From positions 252,137-316,136 of the forward strand of contig RQSC01000025.1 of the NCBI GenBank assembly GCA_013416795.1: 64,000 bases of DNA, given 5' to 3'. Positions 56,796 to 64,000 of the stretch are shown here, in pieces (position 1 is the stretch's first letter; each line of letters starts with the position of its first letter). Source of the DNA: Prasinococcaceae sp. CCMP 1430. Its lineage: Eukaryota > Plantae > Prasinodermophyta. Position numbers and translations under genes: made by a program. Below the pieces are notes generated by a model. The model did not search any database and was not told the origin of the DNA. It saw only the letters and a list, made by a program, of their open reading frames with translations.

Positions 56796-57485
56796 CGCGG
56801 CGGCCTCGTCCGTCGCAACGCCCCTGCGAGCGCGCCTGCCCCTCAGCCCCCCTCGCTCCTCTCCGCGGCGACCCGCCTGCGCTCTGTTGCTCGGACACCT
56901 GGCCGTTCTGTCGCTCGGTCAGTCGCCCCCCCCGCCTCTGCCAGCGCCTCAGACGCCCGTGTGCGCGCTCACGCCCCCCGCCCCCCCTGTGCCGCCCGTG
57001 CCCCTTCGCACATCTCTGGGGCAAGCGCCCAAGAGCAACGGGGAACGAGAACACGTTCTGCAGGTCAAATGCGACGTGGCGGTCCCTCGTCTGGGTGGCA
57101 GTCGAACGTTTTGATGGCGCCTTCGTCTTCGTTCCCGTGGTTATAAATTCCGTCGTTTTCCCTCCTCCTCAGCCTGCGACGCTCTGGACGGACAGGGCGA
57201 CGGACTGAAGCAGCGCGGGGGGTCGGGGGGGGGGGGGGCGGGACAGGCGGAGGTGCCACTGTGCCGTGCGGGCGCAGGCAGGGGCGCCGGCGGGTGTGGG
57301 CGGCGCCCGCTCTACCGCGATGGAATCGGCGCTTGCGACGCCCGTGGTGGGCGCGACGGCGGGCGGAGGTCTAATGGTTGATGACATTACAACTCGGGAA
57401 GGGAGCCCCCCTTCCCCCCCCCCGACCCCCATGTGAGCAATGCACGGCAAGTCGGCCCGCATCCTCGCGAAGGGGCACTTCTCGC

Positions 57486-58883
57486 TTACTGCTCGGCGTC
57501 GGCGGCGTCGGCAGCATCGGTGGCTTCGGCGGCGTCGGCGGCATCGGCGGCGTCGGCAAACTCGGCAGCGTAGGGTGTGTCGTCCTCGCCCATCTCTGCG
57601 AGCGCTGCACGCACGGCGGCGTTGTCGACGACACCCTTCGCGACAAGTTTGGCAACCGTGGCCTTGGCCTTGGCCGAGGCCTCGGGCAGCGGAGGCGGCT
57701 TGGGAGGGTCGTCGCCCTCGCCGCTGTCGTCCTCACCCCCCTCCTCCGGCGGCGCATACTCGGCGTCCGCCTCACCCTCACACTCGGTGATAGCCTCCGC
57801 ATGCTCCTCACCAAGGCTCTCCTTGAGCTTGGCGAGCAGCGCGACTGGCATCTCAGCGTCCCTGGCGATGCGCTCCTGCTCGGCGATCAGCCTCTGGCGC
57901 TCTGCCTCCGCCGCGGCCTCCGCCTCCTTTTTAGCCTGCAGCCGCGCGGCACTGGCCGCAGCCCTGCTGGCCGCGGCCTGGTCAATGGCGTGCTGCGCAG
58001 CCGCCACGATGGCCGCCTTGGCCACCTCGGCCTTACGACACTCCTGCCCGACACGCGCGTGCAGCCATGGGAGGAAAGCCTCCTCGAGCTCGCGCTCGAC
58101 GGGGTCGTAGAAGAAGCCGTCCTCGTACATGCGCTCGAAGACACCACCCACGAGCCCATTGAGGTAGCCGCGCGCAAACGTCTGGGCGGCGATCTTCTCG
58201 CGCACCTCGGCCTCGCGCTGCACGCGCGCGCGCTCCTGCGCGAGCCGCCGCTCCTTCTCCTCGGCCTTGCGCTGCTCAGCGGCCTCCATGCGCTGCGTGG
58301 CCACCAGCTCGGCGTTGCGGATCTGTTCAAAGTGCTCCTGGTGCGCGCGCATCGCTGCGAGCTCCTCCTCTTCGAGCACCTCCATGAGCCCCTGCTCGAG
58401 AGTCTTGCCTACAAGCACCTCCAGGAGCGGCTCGACCTCGAAGTCGAAGTCGAAGAGGTCACCTTCCTCAATCTGCGTGGAAGTGTCGAGGCCCGACTTC
58501 TGCGGAATGAAGAGCGGCGTCGGTGGGCGATCCATGAAGGCATCGGTCTGCGTCGCGCCCTCGGCCTCGGGCGCCTTGTCGGTCAGCTCCTCGAGGTACG
58601 TGTCGGTCTGGACGTCGATGTGACGGCGGCCCTCGGCGGCCTCGGGCGTGCCCGGCGCACGGTATGTGCGCGCGCGTTTCTTGGAGTGCGCACTGCCACC
58701 GGTGCCCGCGGCCGTCGCGCCGAGGGGCGCGACCGCCGCGGGGAGGATCTGCGCCGCGTACGTGTTGCCACGGATCACTCGCCTGTCAAACATGATGTTG
58801 TTCGCCATCTTGCCGCTTCCCCATGTCTCGCCGCCCGCGGGCTCGCGATACTTGGAGCGAGACTTGGCAACGGGCTTCGGCGC
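57486..58883 (-). CDS. RSP3: Flagellar radial spoke protein 3
   Basis: SKYRE...NIMFDRRVIRGNTYA, QTDTYLEEL, TQIEEGDLFDFDFEVEPLLEVLVGKTLEQGLMEVLEEEEL. Probable acceptor at 58884; the first exon is unresolved. Confidence 0.93.
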   Translation of the reverse strand, partial: APKPVAKSRSKYREPAGGETWGSGKMANNIMFDRRVIRGNTYAAQILPAAVAPLGATAAGTGGSAHSKKRARTYRAPGTPEAAEGRRHIDVQTDTYLEELTDKAPEAEGATQTDAFMDRPPTPLFIPQKSGLDTSTQIEEGDLFDFDFEVEPLLEVLVGKTLEQGLMEVLEEEELAAMRAHQEHFEQIRNAELVATQRMEAAEQRKAEEKERRLAQERARVQREAEVREKIAAQTFARGYLNGLVGGVFERMYEDGFFYDPVERELEEAFLPWLHARVGQECRKAEVAKAAIVAAAQHAIDQAAASRAAASAARLQAKKEAEAAAEAERQRLIAEQERIARDAEMPVALLAKLKESLGEEHAEAITECEGEADAEYAPPEEGGEDDSGEGDDPPKPPPLPEASAKAKATVAKLVAKGVVDNAAVRAALAEMGEDDTPYAAEFADAADAADAAEATDAADAADAEQ

Positions 58884-59616
58884 CTGTTGGGTGCACAGAA
58901 GGGGGGGAGAGGCGAGGAGGGGAGGGCGGAGAGGCGGCATGGGGGTTGGCGCAGGAGGCGGAAGCGGAAGCGGGCAACAGCGGCGTTCCGAAACGGAAAG
59001 GCGGCACTCGGGTCGGTCAGCACCAGGGCAGGGCTGTGCGCACGAACGCCACGGGAGGATGGAATTTTGTGCCAAGCACAGAAGCGCGCGCATCCGGTAC
59101 TTTCAAGGCCCGCGACACCCCATGCACGCGCGCGTGCATTTCGTCGCGCTGGCGCACACGAGCGCTAACCCCACTGCACCTGCGCCTGCGCCGCAGGGCA
59201 CGGCACTCAGCGCCCCGCGGCAGCACACTGCGCCAAGTAGCAGTGCGACGGCGCGCGCAACTTCGGGAGAGCACTTCTGTACGCGGGTCGCCGGTTGGTG
59301 CGAGGGCAAACGCCCGAGTGCAGACGCCCGCGCGCTTGGCCCGCCCGAGCGTTGCGACCGCATGCGCTGGCGTCGCGCGCGCGCGCGTCGGACGCAGCGC
59401 GCCGCCGCGCGAGCGCGGCGGGCACTGCAGAAAATGTCACAGGCCCCCCGCGCGGGTGCGCACGGGCGCGCACGCTGGGCCATCTCCCCGCGTGCGCTCT
59501 TCCCCTCCACCGCGCGCGCGGCGAGCGTGCAGGCAGGTGCAACACGGCCGCCGTGAACGGTTCGGCGGACGGGAAGGCGAGGGCGCGACGGCCCCCGCGC
59601 GCCCGCCGCGCGCGCG

Positions 59617-59664
59617 NNNNNNNNNNNNNNNNNNNNNNNNNNNNNNNNNNNNNNNNNNNNNNNN
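59617..59664. other. Assembly gap (48 N)
   Basis: Run of n characters. Confidence 1.
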
Positions 59665-60255
59665 GCCCGCGCGCCGGGAGCGGCCGATTCCGCGAGCGGC
59701 GCTCGGGGAACGCGCGCGCGACCGCAGGCCAAAACGCATGCGAGCGCGCTCGCCCCCATCCCGGCGGGCCCGGCCGGGATGCACCGCTGCGGAAGCGCGC
59801 TCGAGCGCACCGGCCGGACAGTGTGTGTTCAGAGGGGTCGAAAAAGTATCGTACGCCTCGCCAGGCGGATTTGCGCCCGCCTAAAAATAGTTCCAGCGCG
59901 CGCCGCTTGGGCAGGGCGCCCAGTTTTACCCGCCCTACTCATAGGGACTTTCCGCACCGCAGACCGACCGACCGACCGAACTGAGGCCAGCCAGGATGCG
60001 CCGCCGCCCCGCGCCGCGCAGGCTGGAGCGTATGGGCTGGGCCGGGGGGCGCGGGCCGGCGCGCGGCGGCATTGGAGCGCGCGGCGGCGCGCACGGCGCG
60101 AGCCAAGGCAAAGATGGCCCAGGAGCGCGCTCCGGCCGGTCCCCACGCGCTCCGTGCCGCGCGCCACATGGCGGCGGGGGGGCAGTCGGTGGACATAGTA
60201 CAGTCATTTTACACGTGTGTGCGGCCCCGTGGGGGCGCGCGGCAGCGCCCTCGCC

Positions 60256-62952
60256 TCAAGGCGCGTGTGGCCCCGTCCCAGCGGCGTTGCCAGCGCACTC
60301 GGCAGCGAACTGCGCGGCAGCCGCCGCGGCCGCGGCGGCGAACGGGTCGAGGCCGACGCTGTCCATGGCGGTGCCCTCGCTCGTGCCGCTCGGCAGCGAG
60401 CCGGCGATCGAGGTGCCCGCACCGAGCGCGGCCTTTTTGCGCGGGGCCTTGGCATAGTTGCGCGCCCGCTTGCGCTTGGAGCCCTCTGCCTCACGCAGCG
60501 CAACGAGCTTCTGCCGTTCCCCCTCACGCTCGGCTCTTCTGACGAGCTGCTCCATGATGCGCTCGAAGTGCGTCGACATGATGCGCAGACGCCTCACGGC
60601 GTCCTTGGCTGCGGGAAAGTTGCCCGCGCAGTGGCCGCCGCCGTCCGCAGCCCCATCGGCCGCGTCATCGCCGTCATCACCCTGCTCGTCGTCGCCGCTC
60701 TCGTCCCGCGCCTCGGCATCGGCTGTAGCAGCTGCCGCTGCGGGCGAAGCCTCTGGCTCGGGCGCGGGCACAGCGGCTGCCTGGTCGCCTGCCCCTGCCC
60801 CCGCATTGCCGGCAGCCGCCTCTGCGTCGCCGTCCCGGCCCTTGGCCGGCGACGCCGCGTCCACACTCGCCCCAGCTGCGCCACCTTCGGCACTCGCGGC
60901 AAAGGAAAAGTCGGGATCCGCCCAGATCGCCTTGACGTCGTTTGCGCCGTGCTTGAGCACTGCCAACGCGAGCTCGCGATCGTGCGTGCCGCACACCCAC
61001 CAGCCCGGCAGCCGCGCGCGTGGCGGCTTCGTGAGCCGAATCGGGCGCTGCCTCCAGTCCGAACTCAGGCACAGGACCTTCTGCAGGATGTCCATGATAG
61101 CACAGTGCTTTCTCATGCGCTTGGCCTTGCTGTACGAAATCAGCTGCCGCTTCAATTTGGGCTTCTTCGTCTCGGGAGACGTCGTGGTGCCGGTACCCTC
61201 CGGCCCGGGCTCGCTCCGCGACGGATCTTGCGCGTCGCCAGCGACACCGTCTGCGCCTGCGCCCATTTCCTCGTCACTGTCGCCGTCGGGATCGACGTCG
61301 CCGCCGCCATCGGCGCCGGCGCCGGCGGGCGAAGCCAGCTGCTTCTTGTCCTGCATGTAATCTGCAGTCTGTTTCTCAGAGTCGTCGGCCGCCTTCCAGA
61401 GCTGAACGTACGCCTCAGCCACGGCGCAGAGCCACTTGTGTCCAAAGTTTGGACCGAGGATGACCCTCAGCTGGGAGAAGTCGGGCTCGCCCGAGCGCAG
61501 GCGCGGCATGCCGTGGCTCTCGAGCACGTCGGCCAACTTCAGCTTGTCCTTGTTGGTGAACGCCTGCTGGTTGCGCCGCGCCTTCTCGAACGCCTTCGCC
61601 TGCGCCGTGCTGAAGGGATTCAGTCGCACGGCCTCCGTGCACGTATCCTCGCCACCGCCGACGAAGGTCGGTAACCGGGCGCTGTAGGGTTGCCCCGCCA
61701 GCCGCGCCATCTCAGCCTTGGTGGCCATTTCCACGATGGCGTCCATTGCAGCCTGCTGAGCGAGCGACGCCGCCGCATCCTTTCCGGCGCGCTCGGTCGC
61801 CCGCGTCACCGCGTTCACCACTTTTCTGAGCCGCTTGGTGAAGTACTCAAACTGCGGCCAGTCGGCGCCGATGCCACCTTTGCCAGCGTCCCCCGCGACA
61901 CGCTGCTGCTTCTGCTGCTGCGCATTCTGCCCCTCGTCCTCCTGCTGCTTGACCTCGTGCTTCTCCTCCTCCCCCTCCTGGCGCTGCTGCTCCCCCTCCG
62001 CGTTCTGCTTCTGTTGCCTGTGGTCACCTTGCTGCTGCTCCTTCCACTCCTCCCACACGGCCTCCACCACGGGCCGATGTTTCTCGGACGTGAGAATGCT
62101 GTCGTACATCCCGTACCCATGCTCGTGCACGCACTCCATGAGCGCGATGTCGGCTCTTGGCTGGTTCCACCAAGGGTACATCACCATGGGTTCGGCACAC
62201 GCGTCCTTGATGCCTTGCAGCGCCAAGGTAGCGACAGCCTCGTCCCCGCTGTGCAGCGCGGCGAGCGCCTGGCCGAGCTTGTCCATGAGAAAGACTCGCC
62301 GCATCCTGGTCACGGCAAGGCTGCTGACGTTCTTGGCGGCGTCAAGCGGCTTCTCCGTGACGACCGGTGGCAGCCACAGAGGGCTGCCCGCGTCGCCGCC
62401 TCCCGTCGTGTAGCGCGGCACCGTCTTGCCCTTGCTGTTCACGTGATCCTCGGTCAGCACCGGCACCGCCGCGACGGCGCCTTCAGGGTCCAGCTCGAGC
62501 AGTGCCTCCGCGATCGACTCGGCATCGGCCGGAGGCACCCCATGGCCATCGCGCACGGCCGACATGAGCGTCGCGAGAGTTTGCGCGGCGAGGCTGCGCT
62601 CCCTGCGCGGCTGCGCCGGCATGTTCGCTGCCAGATGGTACAGCTCATGGCACGCCATGTCCATCAGATCCCCCTTGCTGTGGCCTGGTCTCTTCGAGTG
62701 GCCCCTGCCCTTCGTCGCCCCAAACATTTCATCGAACCCCGCGCTCACCTTGTCCCAGCGCAGGGTCCCGTGGTTGAGCAGGAGCTTGGAGATGTGATCG
62801 CGCTCGTTCACGCGCCACACGCCGCCGCGTCGCTCGTCGCCGGCAGCGGTTGCGGCAAGCGCCGCCGCGTCTTTGGCGGGGCCGTCGCCCGCCGCGAGGA
62901 AGCCGACGCGGAGCGCGAGTCGATTATTGCCGACCCCTTCATAGCCGATCAC
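60256..62952 (-). CDS. Protein with CHD-family C-terminal HTH/SLIDE-like modules (CHD6-9-like); no ATPase visible
   Basis: PWWNQPRADIALMECVHEHGYGMYDSI, WPQFEYFTKRL, LPGWWVCGTHDRELALAVLKHGANDVKAIWADPDFSF, FPAAKDAVRRL. 5' end unresolved; a single N at 63181. Confidence 0.65.
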   Translation of the reverse strand: MIGYEGVGNNRLALRVGFLAAGDGPAKDAAALAATAAGDERRGGVWRVNERDHISKLLLNHGTLRWDKVSAGFDEMFGATKGRGHSKRPGHSKGDLMDMACHELYHLAANMPAQPRRERSLAAQTLATLMSAVRDGHGVPPADAESIAEALLELDPEGAVAAVPVLTEDHVNSKGKTVPRYTTGGGDAGSPLWLPPVVTEKPLDAAKNVSSLAVTRMRRVFLMDKLGQALAALHSGDEAVATLALQGIKDACAEPMVMYPWWNQPRADIALMECVHEHGYGMYDSILTSEKHRPVVEAVWEEWKEQQQGDHRQQKQNAEGEQQRQEGEEEKHEVKQQEDEGQNAQQQKQQRVAGDAGKGGIGADWPQFEYFTKRLRKVVNAVTRATERAGKDAAASLAQQAAMDAIVEMATKAEMARLAGQPYSARLPTFVGGGEDTCTEAVRLNPFSTAQAKAFEKARRNQQAFTNKDKLKLADVLESHGMPRLRSGEPDFSQLRVILGPNFGHKWLCAVAEAYVQLWKAADDSEKQTADYMQDKKQLASPAGAGADGGGDVDPDGDSDEEMGAGADGVAGDAQDPSRSEPGPEGTGTTTSPETKKPKLKRQLISYSKAKRMRKHCAIMDILQKVLCLSSDWRQRPIRLTKPPRARLPGWWVCGTHDRELALAVLKHGANDVKAIWADPDFSFAASAEGGAAGASVDAASPAKGRDGDAEAAAGNAGAGAGDQAAAVPAPEPEASPAAAAATADAEARDESGDDEQGDDGDDAADGAADGGGHCAGNFPAAKDAVRRLRIMSTHFERIMEQLVRRAEREGERQKLVALREAEGSKRKRARNYAKAPRKKAALGAGTSIAGSLPSGTSEGTAMDSVGLDPFAAAAAAAAAQFAAECAGNAAGTGPHAP

Positions 62953-64000
62953 CGGGACTCGCTCTCGGCGCTTTTCTGCGCCCTCGCTGATATCGAGACT
63001 GATCGCGTCAGCGGATCGGCGGCGATCGTCGTTGACTATGCGATGAATTCGTGTGGCACACCAGTTGCGCAGGAGGGCTTCTCCCCACCTGATGTTACCG
63101 ACGCGGCCACCGCGATGGCCGAAAGCCCTCCCGAGTGGCTGGCGGCCGTGGCCGAGAAGGCTCCCGCCCTTGCCAGCGCTNACGGCGGCGGCGACAGGGC
63201 GCGCGCGCGGCCGCGCCCCATGCGCCGCGGCGCCCCGCCATTTCGAGGCGCGTCCCGCGGGTTCCCCTCATCGCTTCGCATGCGCTCGGGCGCCCCGGAA
63301 GGGGATTCGCGACGACGTGCAGGTTCGGCGCCGCGCGAGGCTCCTTGTGCGGAAAGCTGCCAGTAAGGGTTTGTGTGTATTGGGGTTACATGGAGAGGGT
63401 TTCACTCATTGGGGTTCAACGCGCGCGCCGCGGCGGCGCGCCCACTGCGGCAGCACTCAGGGTTTACAAGTGAGGTGCTGCGGTAACGGACAGTAACGAA
63501 TATTTGGGGTTTACGGAAAGCGTCCCTAAAAGCGCAAAGGCGCCAGAGAAAAAGGCGTCAGGCGCAAACACGGAGCGCGGAAAAGCGGTAAAGTGCCAAA
63601 AAAAGCCGCCCCGGTCGGCGGCCCTGCCCCCTTTCTAGCTAGCGAGCTCTCGCCTGCCTGCCTCCGCCGAGCCGCGTCCGGCCGCGGCCGAATGAGCTAG
63701 CCGGCCGGCCGGCCGGCCGGCCGGGCCACGGGGGTTCGCCGAGCTGCAATTGGGTCGTGCGCTGGGCTCGCCTGCCGCGCGCGCTCTCGCGCCCTCGCCC
63801 CCGACGCGCCCGCGATGGATCCAGAGCATCCGCCGCGCTAAACCAGCGCTGCCCTGGTCGCGCCGGTTCCCCGTGGCCCCGCTCCCGTCTTTTCGGATCG
63901 CGTCGCGGAAACACGCTCCGTTCCGCGGAACCGCTCCGCCGTGTTTTTTTTTTGCCTCGCGCCGCTTTGCGTCCTCCGCGCCGGCCGGTCGCCGTCCCGA

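Noticed and set aside
63685-63725. (GGCC)n palindromic run
   Set aside because: Simple GC microsatellite; no supporting structure.

Overview
This is eukaryotic nuclear DNA, very GC-rich (estimated by eye) and gene-dense, with short GT-AG introns and short AT-rich intergenic islands. Gene content points to a green alga, probably prasinophyte-like (inference): Agenet domains, a GT77/XEG113-type glycosyltransferase, a plant-type AsnRS with a WHEP insert, and RSP3. About 17 protein-coding genes are supported: Kelch protein, SulP/STAS transporter, ankyrin protein, RRM protein, family II Mn-pyrophosphatase, URB1, NPHP3-like NTPase-TPR, KOW/WHIM-like protein, GT77, FHA-Agenet-UBL, CHD1, AsnRS, EVG1/UPF0193, RBM5-like, importin-beta family protein, RSP3 and a CHD-C-terminal-like ORF. 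A 4.2 kb nest of CRE-clade RLE non-LTR retroelement remnants lies at 3006-7210. Top leads: (1) canonical splice sites join the RRM/RGG gene in frame to the family II pyrophosphatase, predicting a 918-aa chimera; (2) head-to-head, scrambled retroelement remnants share a 24-26 nt 3' terminus and contain a J-domain-like HPD segment; (3) an in-frame TGA in GT77; (4) an FHA + tandem Agenet + ubiquitin-like architecture; (5) a tRNA-like Pol III element. Several genes have 5' frameshifts in C/G runs, and there is a 48-N gap plus a single N. Some anomalies may therefore be assembly errors. All protein family calls come from motif recognition, not database searches.
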